Shown: positions 1-13,459, counted from the first letter of the stretch. The stretch: DNA of 64,000 nucleotides from Takakia lepidozioides (GCA_030704615.1 CM060731.1:38812001-38876000), one strand, 5' to 3'. A program made the numbers and translations. The notes: generated from the sequence alone by a model not told the origin.

Positions 1-3000
1 AAATTCAAGTTCAGACTCAAGCTCCTTTGGTTCAGCTTCCGGGGCTTCCTCATCCGGTTCCTCCTCCACTGTGGCTGGTTCCCTCTCTGCTACCAGTTCT
101 ACAAGCGCTTCATGCCTGAGGTCCCTTCCTTCTTCACGGATAGGTGCAACGGGCTCTTCTTCCAACTTGGCATCGTGATCCTCAACAAAGTCGGGGGTGG
201 CAGGGGTTGCTTCCTCTTCCGCCGGTACTAGATTAGTGGGTGGCAATGGTTCAGCAACCTCCTCGACCAGCTCCTTCTCCTCGGCCTCTGGTGGCGCTAT
301 TACCTCACTTACCTGGGTCTCGGGTTCTTCCGGTTCGATGGCGGCCTCCTCAATAGCGGCAGGCAGGGCAGGCTCGGTCTCCTTCTCGGGAGCAAGTGCA
401 AGGTCAGGGTCAAGCTCCTTTGGTTCATATTCCGGGGCTTCCTGAACCGGTTCCTCCTCCACGGGGGCTGGTTCCCTCTCCGCTATAAGCACTGCAAGCG
501 CTTCAGGCCTGAGGTCCCTTGCTTCTTCATAGACAGGTGCAACGGGCTCTTCTTCCAAATTGGCATCCTGATCCTCAACCGGTTTAACAATATCGGGGGT
601 GGCAGGCGCTGCTTCCTCCTCCGCGGCAACCTCTACAAGCTGCTCCTTTTCCTCGGCCTTTGGAGGTGCATGTACATCAGTGACCTCCTCCGGCTCGGGT
701 TCTTCGGGTTCAACGGCGGCCTCCTCAACAGCAATAGGCGGCACATGCTCTGTGTCCTTCTCGGGAGCAAGATGTTCAAGTTCAGGGTCAAGCTCCTTTG
801 GTTCATATTCCGGGGCTTCCTCAACCAGTTCCTCCTCCACGGGGGCTGGTTCCCTCTCCGCTACAAGCTCTGCAAGCGCTTCAGGCCCGAGGTCCCTTGC
901 TTCTTCAGATACAGGTGCAACGGGCTCTTCTTCCAAATTGGCATCCTGATCCTCAACCGGTTTAACAATATCGGGGGTGGCAGGCGCTGCTTCCTCCTCC
1001 GCGGCAACCTCTACAAGCTGCTCCTTTTCCACGGCCTTTGGAGGTGCATGTACATCAGTGACCTCCTCCGGCTCGGGTTCTTCGGGTTCAACGGCGGCCT
1101 CCTCAACAGCAATAAGCGGCACATGCTCTGTGTCCTTCTCGGGAGCAAGATGTTCAAGTTCAGGGTCAAGCTCCTTTGGTTCATATTCCGGGGCTTCCTC
1201 AACCAGTTCCTCCTCCACGGGGGCTGGTTCCCTCTCCGCTACAAGCTCTGCAAGCGCTTCAGGCCCGAGGTCCCTTGCTTCTTCAGATACAGGTGCAACG
1301 GGCTCTTCTTCCAAATTGGCATCCTGATCCTCAACCGGTTTAACAATACGGGGGTGGCAGGTGCTGCTTCCTCCTCCGCGGCAACCTCTACAAGCTGCTC
1401 CTTTTCCTCGGCCTTTGGAGGTGCAAGTACATCAGTGACCTCCTCCGGCTCGGGTTCTTCGGGATCAACGGCAGCCTCCTGAACAACAGTAGGCGGCGCA
1501 AGCTCTGTGTCCTTCTCGGGAGCAAGATGTTCAAGTTCAGGGTCAAGCTCCTTTGGTTCATATTCCGGGGCTTCCTCAACTGGTTCCTCCTCCACGGGGG
1601 CTGGTTCCCTCTCCGCTACCAGCTCTGCAAACGCTTCTGGCTCGAGGTCCCTTGCTTCTTCTTGGAGAGGTGCAACCGCCTGTTCTTCCAACTTGGCATC
1701 CTGAACCTCAACAATGTCGGGGGTGGCAAGTGCTGCTTCCTCCTCCGCCGGGACTAGATCAGCGGGTGGCAATGGTTCAGCAACCTCCTCGACCAGCTCA
1801 TTCTCCTCGGCCTCTTGCGGCACTATTAACTCACTTACCTCCGGCTCGGGTTCTTCTGTTCGTTGGCGGCCTCCTCAATAGCGGCAGGCGACGCAGGCTT
1901 ACTCTCCTTCTCGGGAGCAAGTTCATGTTCAGACCCAAGCTCCTTTGGTTTAGCTTCCGGGGCTTCCTCAACCGGTTCCTCCTCCACTGGGGCTGGTTCC
2001 CTCTCTGCTACCACTTCTGCAAGCGCTTTAGGCCTGAGGTCCCTTGCTTCTTCACGGACAGGTGCAACGGGCTCTTCTTCCAAACTGGGCATCCTGATCC
2101 TCAACAATGTCGGGGTGGCAGGTGCTGCTTCATCCTCCGCTCGTACTAGAGTAGTGGGTGGCAATGGTTCAGCAACCTCCTCGACCAGCTCCTTCTCCTC
2201 GGCCTCTTTCGGCGCTATTAACTCACTTACCTCCGGCTCGGGTTCTTGGTTCGACGGCGGCCTCCTTAACAGCGGCAGGCGATGCAGGCTCACTCTCCTT
2301 CTCGGGAGCAAGTTCAAGTTCAGGGTCAAGCTCCTTTGGTTCAGCTTCCGGGGCTTCCTCAACTGGTTCCTCCTCCACTGGGGCTGGTTCCCTCTCTGCT
2401 ACCAGTTCTGCAAGCGCTTCAGGCTTGAGGTCCCTTGCTTCTTCTTGGACAGGTGCAACAGGCTCTTCTTCCAACTTGGCATCGTGATCCTCAACAATGT
2501 AGGGGTGGCAGGTGCTTCTTCCTTCTCCGCCGGTACTAGATTAGTGGGTGGCATGGTTCAGCAACCTCCTCGACCAGCTCCTTCTCCTCGGCCTCTTTCG
2601 GCGCTATTAACTCACTTACCTCCGGCTCGGGTTCTTCTAGTTCGACGGCGGCCTCCTCAACAGCGGCAGGCGACGCAGGCTCACTCTCCTTTTCGGGAGC
2701 AAGTTCAAGTTCAGGGTCAAGCTCCTTTGGTTCAGCTTCCGGGGCTTCCTCAACCGGTTCCTCCTCCACTGGGGCTGGTTCCCTCTCTGCTACCAGTTCT
2801 GCAAGCGCTTCAGGCTTGAGGTCCCTTGCTTCTTCACGGACAGGTGCAACGGGCTCTTCTTCCAAATTGGCATCCTGATCCTCAACAAAGTCGGGGGTGG
2901 CAGGTGCTGCTTCCACCTCCGCCGGTACTAGATTAGTGGGTGGCGATGGTTCAACAACCTCCTCGACCAGCTCCTTCTCCTCGGCCTCTGGTGGCGCTAT

Positions 3001-6000
3001 TCCCTCACTTACCTTGGTCTCGGGTTCTTCCGGTTTGACGGCGGCCTCCTCAATAGCGGCAGGCAGGGCAGGCTCGGTCTCCTTCTCGGAGCAAGTGCAA
3101 GTTCAGGGTCAAGCTCCTTTGGTTCATATTCCGGGGCTTCCTCAACCGGTTCCTCCTCCACGGGGGCTGGTTCCCTCTCCGCTACAAGCTCTGCAAGCGC
3201 TTCAGGCCCGAGGTCCCTTGCTTCTTCATAGACAGGTGCAACGGGCTCTTCTTCCAAATTGGCATCCTGATCCTCAACCGGTTTAACAATATCTGGTGTG
3301 GCAGGCGCTGCTTCCTCCTCCGCGGCAACCTCTACAAGCTGCTCCTTTTCCTCGGCCTTTGGAGGTGCAAGTACATCAGTGACCTCCTCCGGCTCGGGTT
3401 CTTCGGGTTCAACGGCGGCCTCCTCAACAGCAATAGGCGGGGCAAGCTCTGTGTCCTTCTCGGGAGCAAGATGTTCAAGTTCAGGGTCAAGCTCCTTTGG
3501 TTCATATTCCGGGGCTTCCTCAACTGGTTCCTCCTCCACGGGGGCTGGTTCCCTCTCCGCTACCAGCTCTGCAAGCGCTTCAGGCTCGAGGTCCCTTGCT
3601 TCTTCATGGACAGGTGCAACCGCCTGTTCTTCCAACTTGGCATCCTGAACCTCAACAATGTCGGGGGTGGCAGGCGCTGCTTCCTCCTCCGCCGGGACAA
3701 GATCAGCGGGTGGCAATGGTTCAGCAACCTCCTCGACCAGCTCCTTCTCCTCGGCCTCTTGCGGCCCTATTAACTCACTTACCTCCGGCTCGGGTTCATC
3801 TGGTTCGACGGCGGCCTCCTCAACAGCGGCAGGCGACGCAGGCTCAGTCTCCTTCGGGAGCAAGTTCAAGTTCAGACTCAAGCTCCTTTGGTTCAGCTTC
3901 CGGGGCTTCCTCAACCGGTTCCTCCTCCACGAGGGCTAGTTCCCTCTCTGCTACCACCTCTGCAAGCGCTTCAGGCCTGAGGTCCCTTGCTTCTTCATGG
4001 ACAGGTGCAACGGGCTCTTCTTCCAACTTGGCATCCTGATCCTCACCAATGTCGGGGGTGGCAGGTGCTGCTTCCTCCTCCGCCGGCACTAGATTAGTGG
4101 GTGGCAATGGTTCAGCAACCTCGACCAGCTCCTTCTCCTCGGCCTCTTGCGGCGCTATTAACTCACTTACCTCCGGCTCGGGTTCTTCTAATTCGACGGC
4201 GGCGTCCTCAACAACGGCAGCGACGCAGGCTCTCTCTTCTTCTCGGAGCAAGTTCCAAATCAGACTCAAGCTCCTTTGGTTCAGCTTCCTGGGCTTCCTC
4301 AACCGGTTCCTCCTCCACTGGGGCTGGTTCCCTCTCTGCTACCAGTTTTGCAAGCGCTTCAGGCCTGAGGTCCCTTGCTTCTCATAGACAGGTGCAACGG
4401 GCTCTTCTTCAAAATTGGCATCCTGATCCTCAACAATGTCGGGGGTGGCAGGTGCTGCTTCCTCCTCCGCCGGTACTAGATTAGTGGGGCAATGGTTCAG
4501 TAACCTCCTCGACCAGCTCCTTCTCCTCGGCCTCTGGTGGTGCTATTCCCTCACTTACCTTGGTCTCGGGTTGTTCTGGTTCGACGGCGGCCTCCTCAAT
4601 AGCGGCAGGCAGGGCAGGCTCGGTCTCCTTCTCGGGAGCAAGTGCAAGTTCAGGGTCAAGCTCCTTTGGTTCATATTCAGGGGCTTCCTCAACCGGTTCC
4701 TCCTCCACGGGGGCTGGTTCCCTCTCCGCTACAAGCTCTGCAAGCGCTTCAGGCCCGAGGTCCCTTGCTTCTTCATAGACAGGTGCAACGGGCTCTTCTT
4801 CCAAATTGGCATCTGATCCTCAACCGGTTTAACAATATCGTGCGTGGCAGGTGCTGCTTCCTCCTCCGCGGCAACCTCTACAAGCTGCTCCTTTTCCTCG
4901 GCCTTTGGAGGTGCAAGTACATCAGTGACCCTCCTCCGGCTCGGGTTCTTCGGGTTCAACGGCGGCCTCCTCAACAGCAATAGGCGGCGCAAGCTCTGTG
5001 TCCTTCTCTGGAGCAAGATGTTCAAGTTCAGGTCAAGCTCCTTTGGTTCATATTCCGGGGATTCCTCAACCGGTTCCTCCTCCACAGGGGCTGGTTCCCC
5101 CTCCGCTACCAGCTCTGCAAGCGCTTCAGGCTCAAGGTCCCTTACTTCTTCATGGACAGGTGCAACCGCCTGTTTTTCCAACTTGGCATCCTGACCCTCA
5201 ACAATGTCGGGGGTGGCAGGCGCTGCTTCCTCCTCCGCCGGGACAAGATCAGCGGTGGCAATGGTTCAGCAACTCCTCCACCAGCTCCTTCTCCTCGGCC
5301 TCTTGCGGCCCTATTAACTCACTTACCTCCGGCTCGGGTTCATCTGGTTCGACGGCGGCCTCCTCAACAGCGGCAGGCGACGCAGGCTCAGTCTCCTTCT
5401 CGGGAGCAAGTTCGAGTTCAGACTCAAGCTCCTTTGGTTCAGCTTCCGGGGCGTCCTCAACCGGTTCCTCCTCCACGAGGGCAAGTTCCCTCTCTGCTAC
5501 CAGTTCTGCAAGCGCTTCAGGCCTGAGGTCCTTGCTTTTCACGGACAGGTGCAACGGGCTCTCTTCCAACTTGGCATCCTGATTCCTCACCAATGTCGGG
5601 GGTGGCAGGTGCTGCTTCCTCCTCCGCCGGTACTAGATTAGGGGGTGGCAATGGTTCAGCAACCTCCTCGACCAGCTCCTTCTCCTCGGCCTCTTGCGGC
5701 GCTATTAACTCACTTACCTCCGGCTCGGGTTCTTCTGGTTCGACGGCGGCCTCCTCAACAGCGGCAGGCGACGCAGGCTCACTCTCCTTCTCGGGAGCAA
5801 GTTCAAGTTCAGACTCAAGCTCCTTTGGTTCAGCTTCCGGGGCTTCCTCAACCGGTTCCTCCTCCACTAGGGCTGGTTCCGTCTGTACTACTTGTTCTCA
5901 AGCGCTTCAGGCCTGAGGGTCCCTTGCTTCTTCACGGACAGGTGCAACGGGCTCTTCTTCCAACTTGGCATCCTGATCCTCACAATGTCGGGGGTGGCAG

Positions 6001-9000
6001 GTGCTGCTTCCTCCTCCGCCGGTACTAGATTAGTGGGGTGGCAATGGTTCAGCAACCTCCTCGACAGCTCCTTCTCCTCGGCCTCTTGCGGCGCTATTAA
6101 CTCACTTACCTCCGGCTCGGGTTCTTCTGGTTCGACGGTGGCCTCCTCAACAGCGGCAGGCGACGAAGGCTCACTCTCCTTCTTGGGAGCAAATTCAAGT
6201 TCAGACTCAAGCTCCTTTGGTTCAGCTTCCGGGGCTTCCTCATCCGGTTCCTCCTCCACTGTGGCTGGTTCCCTCTCTGCTACCAGTTCTACAAGCGCTT
6301 CATGCCTGAGGTCCCTTCCTTCTTCACGGATAGGTGCAACGGGCTCTTCTTCCAACTTGGCATCGTGATCCTCAACAAAAGTCGGGGGTGGCAGGGGTTG
6401 CTTCCTCTTCCGCCGGTACTAGATTAGTGGGTGGCAATGGTTCAGCACCTCCTCGACCAGCTCCTTCTCCTCGGCCTCTGGTGGCGCTATTACCTCACTT
6501 ACCTGGGTCTCGGGTTCTTCCGGTTCGATGGCGGCCTCCTCAATAGCGGCAGGCAGGGCAGGGCTCGGTCTCCTTCTCGGGAGCAAGTGCAAGGTCAGGG
6601 TCAAGCTCCTTTGGTTCATATTCCGGGGCTTCCTGAACCGGTTCCTCCTCCACGGGGGCTGGTTCCCTCTCCGCTATAAGCACTGCAAGCGCTTCAGGCC
6701 TGAGGTCCCTTGCTTCTTCATAGACAGGTGCAACGGGCTCTTCTTCCAAATTGGCATCCTGATCCTCAACCGGTTTAACAATATCGGGGGTGGCAGGCGC
6801 TGCTTCCTCCTCCGCGGCAACCTCTACAAGCTGCTCCTTTTCCTCGGCCTTTGGGGTGCATGTACATCAGTGACCCTCCTCCGGCTCGGGTTCTTCGGGT
6901 TCAACGGCGGCCTCCTCAACAGCAATAGGCGGCACATGCTCTGTGTCCTTCTCGGGAGCAAGTGTTCAAGTTCAGGGTCAAGCTCCTTTGGTTCATATTC
7001 CGGGGCTTCCTCAACCCAGTTCCTCCTCCACGGGGGCTGGTTCCCTCTCCGCTACAAGCTCTGCAAGCGCTTCAGGCCCGAGGTCCCTTGCTTCTTCAGA
7101 TACAGGTGCAACGGGCTCTTCTTCCAAATTGGCATCCTGATCCTCAACCGGTTTAACAATATCGGGGGTGGCAGGCGCTGCTTCCTCCTCCGCGGCAACC
7201 TCTACAAGCTGCTCCTTTTCCACGGCCTTTGGAGGTGCATGTACATCAGTGACCTCCTCCGGCTCGGGTTCTTCGGGTTCAACGGCGGCCTCCTCAACAG
7301 CAATAAGCGGCACATGCTCTGTGTCCTTCTCGGGAGCAAGATGTTCAAGTTCAGGGTCAAGCTCCTTTGGTTCATATTCCGGGGCTTCCTCAACCAGTTC
7401 CTCCTCCACGGGGGCTGGTTCCCTCTCCGCTACAAGCTCTGCAAGCGCTTCAGGCCCGAGGTCCCTTGCTTCTTCAGATACAGGTGCAACGGGCTCTTCT
7501 TCCAAATTGGCATCCTGATCCTCAACCGGTTTAACAATATCGGGGGTGGCAGGTGCTGCTTCCTCCTCCGCGGCAACCTCTACAAGCTGCTCCTTTTCCT
7601 CGGCCTTTGGAGGTGCAAGTACATCAGTGACCTCCTCCGGCTCGGGTTCTTCGGGATCAACGGCAGCCTCCTGAACAACAGTAGGCGGCGCAAGCTCTGT
7701 GTCCTTCTCGGAGCAAGATGTTCAAGTTCAGGGTCAAGCTCCTTTGGTTCATATTCCGGGGCTTCCTCAACTGGTTCCTCCTCCACGGGGGCTGGTTCCC
7801 TCTCCGCTACCAGCTCTGCAAACGCTTCTGGCTCGAGGTCCCTTGCTTCTTCTTGGAGAGGTGCAACCGCCTGTTCTTCCAACTTGGCATCCTGAACCTC
7901 AACAATGTCGGGGGTGGCAAGTGCTGCTTCCTCCTCCGCCGGGACTAGATCAGCGGGTGGCAATGGTTCAGCAACCTCCTCGACCAGCTCATTCTCCTCG
8001 GCCTCTTGCGGCACTATTAACTCACTTACCTCCGGCTCGGGTTCTTCTGGTTCGTTGGCGGCCTCCTCAATAGCGGCAGGCGACGCAGGCTTACTCTCCT
8101 TCTCGGGAGCAAGTTCATGTTCAGACCCAAGCTCCTTTGGTTTAGCTTCCGGGGCTTCCTCAACCGGTTCCTCCTCCACTGGGGCTGGTTCCCTCTCTGC
8201 TACCACTTCTGCAAGCGCTTTAGGCCTGAGGTCCCTTGCTTCTTCACGGACAGGTGCAACGGGCTCTTCTTCCAACTGGGCATCCTGATCCTCAACAATG
8301 TCGGGGGTGGCAGGTGCTGCTTCATCCTCCGCTCGTACTAGAGTAGTGGGTGGCAATGGTTCAGCAACCTCCTCGACCAGCTCCTTCTCCTCGGCCTCTT
8401 TCGGCGCTATTAACTCACTTACCTCCGGCTCGGGTTCTTCTGGTTCGACGGCGGCCTCCTTAACAGCGGCAGGCGATGCAGGCTCACTCTCCTTCTCGGA
8501 GCAAGTTCAAGTTCAGGGTCAAGCTCCTTTGGTTCAGCTTCCGGGGCTTCCTCAACTGGTTCCTCCTCCACTGGGGCTGGTTCCCTCTCTGCTACCAGTT
8601 CTGCAAGCGCTTCAGGCTTGAGGTCCCTTGCTTCTTCTTGGACAGGCAACAGGCTCTTCTTCCAACTTGGCATCGTGATCCTCAACAATGTAGGGGGTGG
8701 CAGGTGCTTCTTCCTTCTCCGCCGGTACTAGATTAGTGGGTGGCAATGGTTCAGCAACCTCCTCGACCAGCTCCTTCTCCTCGGCCTCTTTCGGCGCTAT
8801 TAACTCACTTACCTCCGGCTCGGGTTCTTCTAGTTCGACGGCGGCCTCCTCAACAGCGGCAGGCGACGCAGGCTCACTCTCCTTTTCGGGAGCAAGTTCA
8901 AGTTCAGGGTCAAGCTCCTTTGGTTCAGCTTCCGGGGCTTCCTCAACCGGTTCCTCCTCCACTGGGGCTGGTTCCCTCTCTGCTACCAGTTCTGCAAGCG

Positions 9001-11300
9001 CTTCAGGCTTGAGGTCCCTTGCTTCTTCACGGACAGGTGCAACGGGCTCTTCTTCCAAATTGGCATCCTGATCCTCAACAAAGTCGGGGGTGGCAGGTGC
9101 TGCTTCCACCTCCGCCGGTACTAGATTAGTGGGTGGCGATGGTTCAGCAACCTCCTCGACCAGCTCCTTCTCCTCGGCCTCTGGTGGCTATTCCCTCACT
9201 TACCTTGGTCTCGGGTTCTTCCGGTTTGACGGCGGCCTCCTCAATAGCGGCAGGCAGGGCAGGCTCGGTCTCCTTCTCGGGAAGTGCAAGTTCAGGGTCA
9301 AGCTCCTTTGGTTCATATTCCGGGGCTTCCTCAACCGGTTCCTCCTCCACGGGGGCTGGTTCCCTCCGCTACAAGCTCTGCAAGCGCTTCAGCCCGAGGT
9401 CCCTTGCTTCTTCATAGACAGGTGCAACGGGCTCTTCTTCCAAATTGGCATCCTGATCCTCAACCGGTTTAACAATATCTGGTGTGGCAGGCGCTGCTTC
9501 CTCCTCCGCGGCAACCTCTACAAGCTGCTCCTTTTCCTCGGCCTTTGGAGGTGCAAGTACATCAGTGACCTCCTCCGGCTCGGGTTCTTCGGGTTCAACG
9601 GCGGCCTCCTCAACAGCAATAGGCGGGGCAAGCTCTGTGTCCTTCTCGGGAGCAAGATGTTCAAGTTCAGGGTCAAGCTCCTTTGGTTCATATTCCGGGG
9701 CTTCCTCAACTGGTTCCTCCTCCACGGGGGCTGGTTCCCTCTCCGCTACCAGCTCTGCAAGCGCTTCAGGCTCGAGGTCCCTTGCTTCTTCATGGACAGG
9801 TGCAACCGCCTGTTCTTCCAACTTGGCATCCTGAACCTCAACAATGTCGGGGGTGGCAGGCGCTGCTTCCTCCTCCGCCGGGACAAGATCAGCGGGTGGC
9901 AATGGTTCAGCAACCTCCTCGACCAGCTCCTTCTCCTCGGCCTCTTGCGGCCCTATTAACTCACTTACCTCCGGCTCGGGTTCATCTGGTTCGACGGGGC
10001 CTCCTCAACAGCGGCAGGCGACGCAGGCTCAGTCTCCTTCTCGGGAGCAAGTTCAAGTTCAGACTCAAGCTCCTTTGGTTCAGCTTCCGGGGCGTCCTCA
10101 ACCGGTTCCTCCTCCACGAGGGCTAGTTCCCTCTCTGCTACCAGTTCTGCAAGCGCTTCAGGCCTGAGGTCCCTTGCTTCTTCACGGACAGGTGCAACGG
10201 GCTCTTCTTCCAACTTGGCATCCTGATCCTCACCAATGTCGGGGGTGGCAGGTGCTGCTTCCTCCTCCGCCGGTACTAGATTAGTGGGTGGCAATGGTTC
10301 AACAACCTCCTCGACCAGCTCCTTCTCTCCGGCCTCTGGCGGCACTATTATATCTCGTATCTCCACCTCGGGTTTTTCCGGTTCAATGGAGGCCTCCTCA
10401 ACTGCGACAGGCAGCGAAGGCTCCGTCTCCTTTTCGAGAGCAAGTTCGAGTTCAGGCTCAAGCTCCTTTGGTTTAGTTTTCGGGTTGTGCTCAACCGTTT
10501 CCTCCTCCACGGGGGCTGGTTCCCTCTCTGCCACCTGCTCTGCAAGCGATTCTGGCTCGAGGTCCCTTACTTCTTCATGGACAAGTGCAACGGCATCTTC
10601 GGCCTCGAACTTGGCATCATGATCCACAACCGGCTCAACAATATCGGGGGTGGGAGCTGCTTCCTCCTCCGCCGGGACTAGATCAGCGGGAGACGATGGT
10701 TTAGCAACCTCCTCGACCAACTCCTTCTCCTCGGACTCTGGAGGTGCAAGTACATGAGTGACCTCCGGCTCGGGTTCTTCCGGTTCAACAACGGCCTCCT
10801 CACCAGTGGCAGGCGGCGCAAGCTCTGGCTCCTTCTCGGAAACAAATTCAAGTACATGCTCTAGCTCCTTTGGTTCAGCTTGCGGGGCTTGCGCGACGGA
10901 TTTCTCCTCCACCGGGGCTACCTCCCTGTCGATTACCCGCTCTGTAAGCGCTTCAGGTTCCATGTCCCTTGCTTCTTCATGGACAGGTGCAACGGGCTCT
11001 TCCTCCAACTTGGCGTCATGATCCTGAACCGGTTCAACAATATCAAGGGTGGTAGCTTCCTTCCTCCTCCGCCGGGACTGGATCAGCAGGAGGCGATGGT
11101 TCAGCAACCTCCTCGACTATAAGCTCCTTCTCCTTGGACTCTGGCAGTGCAAGTACATGAGTGGCCTCCGGCTCGGGTTCTTCTGGTTCAACGGCGGCCT
11201 CCTCAATAGCGGCAGGCGCCACATGCTCCGTCTCTGTCTCTTTCTCGAGAACAAGTTCAAGTTCAAGCTCAAGCTCCTTTGATTCAGCTTTCGGGGCTTG
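1..11300 (-). repeat. Coding macrosatellite: ~378/393-bp monomers in ~1.55 kb and ~6.19 kb higher-order repeats
   Basis: The marker GGTGCAAC recurs at about 143, 536, 914, 1292, 1669, 2061 ... 6333 (16 units per 6,190 bp). The sequence at position 1 recurs at 6191, and rare variants recur at the same offset (about 1481/7673 and 3291/9476). Units at 10300-11300 are more diverged. Confidence 0.95.
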
Positions 11301-13459
11301 CGGAACGAGTTCCTCGTCCAGCTCGGGGACGTCTAGTGTTGCGGCAAGGGCTTTTGGATCCACACTGTTTGGTTGTTCATGGGCTAGTATGTCCTCTTTA
11401 GGAGGTTCCTTGTCCAAATTGGCAAACTGGGGAGAGTCTCTTACTTCGTCTTGTTCCTCGTATGGATGTGACAATTCTCGAGCTATCGTTGGAGCTATCC
11501 CTAGAGCGTCGGGCTCAGCTTCCTTCACTGCAAACATATCAGGCTCGGGCCCCTTTGGTGGTTCATCAACGTTTTCCCTAGAGCTAGTGGCAGGTTCCTC
11601 GAAGGTGGGGGGTGGTGACCGCATCGGCAAAATGTACTTGTGCCCGTCCGAATGCAACCGTCCTTCCTGGTCGCCTCCTGCAAATCCTTCCGGCTCTAAA
11701 ACTTTCGCGGAGCTCCCTGGATAATCAGTTATGTAAGGCACGACTTTACTTTTCAATCCAAACGCCTTTGATTGCGGCTTAGCTGAAGTTGACGAGCTCT
11801 TTTCTACGAGCTCTGCGCTAACAGAATCAATCGGACCGGCCAATCTTGTAGCAGCTTCCTCAATCTCTGCTGTCGGCTGATCGTGTGAAGTACCCAGCAA
11901 TACATATCCTCCGTCGCCGTTCACAGAATGAGTTTCAATATCATCAGACTGGTCACTCCCGAGAGATCTAACAGTATCTATTTCTTCAGAAGGATCAATT
12001 TGGGTTTGAGAGTCTGGTACTAAGTGGAATCCCTGCAAAGACCCCAAGCCACTCTGAGAATCTACTAGTGTCGCATTTGGAATACTGCCAGTTATTGAAT
12101 CTGCTTCTGGAACCGAACCTGTTTGGCGAATACCTTCCACTACATATTCCTCAGGGAGTGCCTGCTTTCCTGCATCCCTCTTTTCCACTCGAGTAGGGGT
12201 CTGGGAAATTTTCTCACTTCGCAAATGACTGATAGTTGGGTCCACTTTAGCAGTAGCTGCTGCATCTCTTGCTACAATTTTCTTCACCTCTCTTGCTTCC
12301 TTTTCCTCCGAACTAGATGCCAGGACCGGTTTGTTTTCCACGTTTCCAGCCAGCTGGGTTGCTGTGGGAGATATGCCCACTGGTTTGGCGTCTGTAATTA
12401 CAACTGGACGGGCCTCTCTAGATTCTGAGACCACACTTACGAGTTTAGTGTCTGGTGTAACCAGCTTAGGCACCGTCACCAGTTGATCCGGCGAGATACT
12501 TCTTGACCGCGGCTCCCGCGTTACCAATTCCCAGTGATCCCCCAACTCAACGAAGTCCTTCAGCGTCTGCAATGCTTGTGCGTCCAAAGCTGACTTCCTC
12601 GTGTCGGCGTCGTGTGAAGTGAGTGGCGCGACAATGCTATCAGATTCCTTTCTCGGCACCGCTGCCAAGGGAGATGCAGCCACCTCAGATTTTCCAAGCA
12701 AAGGCGTTCTACTCGGCAGCACAGCGACTGGTAGAGGTCTCTCGTCCTCCCGTGCATCGGGTGGCATGCTACCAGTGGTTGAAAGAGTTCTTGAATCAGG
12801 ATGGGAGCTACTGACTCTTTTCCGAAGACCAACGGTGCTTCTTTCTGGCAGGCTGCGAGAGGTTGACAATGTGGCTTCTTTAGATGGGAATAGATCATCA
12901 TCACTACTCGTATCATAGAACCTCTGTTGTGTGGGGGGCACAGAAGATTGGGCAAGCAAAGCAGGCCCCCCGCTTGGTTGAGGTGCATCAGCACTGGATC
13001 GGGGGTACTTGGGCGGCAAATTCAAATCCACCCGGGCTGGCGAGGGCTGAAAGTGTTGAAGCTCCTCGGAAGCATCGTGGAAAGTATCGGGGCTCCGTCC
13101 TTCACTGGAGAAGGAGCGGGAGGGACTCGGCATTGCAGTGTTGTAAGCACTGTGAAGTTCTGAGGAAGCCTGTAGCTTCCTCCCAGAATTGGAGACCGGC
13201 GATTGCAGCTCTTGTTCATCGAAAATAACATCCTCATCGATTATGTCGTCGTCCTCTGTTTTCTGACTCGCTGTGCTCTCCTCTTTCTGCAAGCATGTGA
13301 AGACTTCATCAAAATTGGAAATCAACGTCACTTATCTATCTATCTTATCTATCCCTCCCATGTCCTTGAAACTCATTCGAGAGGATGGCTTCGGGTCATT
13401 TTTACGCTTCTAGAGGCCTGATGGCACACTTGATCAACAGCTTCTTTCACTTTCGCCAT
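1..13459 (-). CDS. Giant acidic tandem-repeat protein (Glu/Pro/Ala/Val-rich, PEVK-like, probably intrinsically disordered); 3'-partial, at least ~4,400 aa
   Basis: Model: exon 13459-13430 (MAKVKEAVDQ, ATG directly preceded by an in-frame TGA), GT..AG intron 13429-13287 (phase 0), then one very large exon from 13286 (KEESTASQKTEDD...) to beyond position 1. Minus-strand ORFs 11043-13331, 9965-11107, 7580-8356, 3009-3914 and others all encode the same repeat, joined by 1-bp frameshifts that differ between near-identical repeat copies. Confidence 0.8.

Noticed and set aside
1-11300. Non-coding satellite or CRISPR-like array
   Set aside because: Unit lengths are multiples of 3 and continuous with a unique coding head; there are no spacers or cas genes, and the context is eukaryotic.
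197-11724. Many plus-strand Ser/Gly/Ala-rich and Leu/Phe-rich ORFs
   Set aside because: These are antisense shadows of the GAG/GAA-rich minus-strand repeat exon, with no independent start, splice or domain evidence.
13287-13331. ORF-track start MTLISNFDEVFTCLQ
   Set aside because: It is a non-ATG start inside a predicted intron that ends in ttgcag at 13287.
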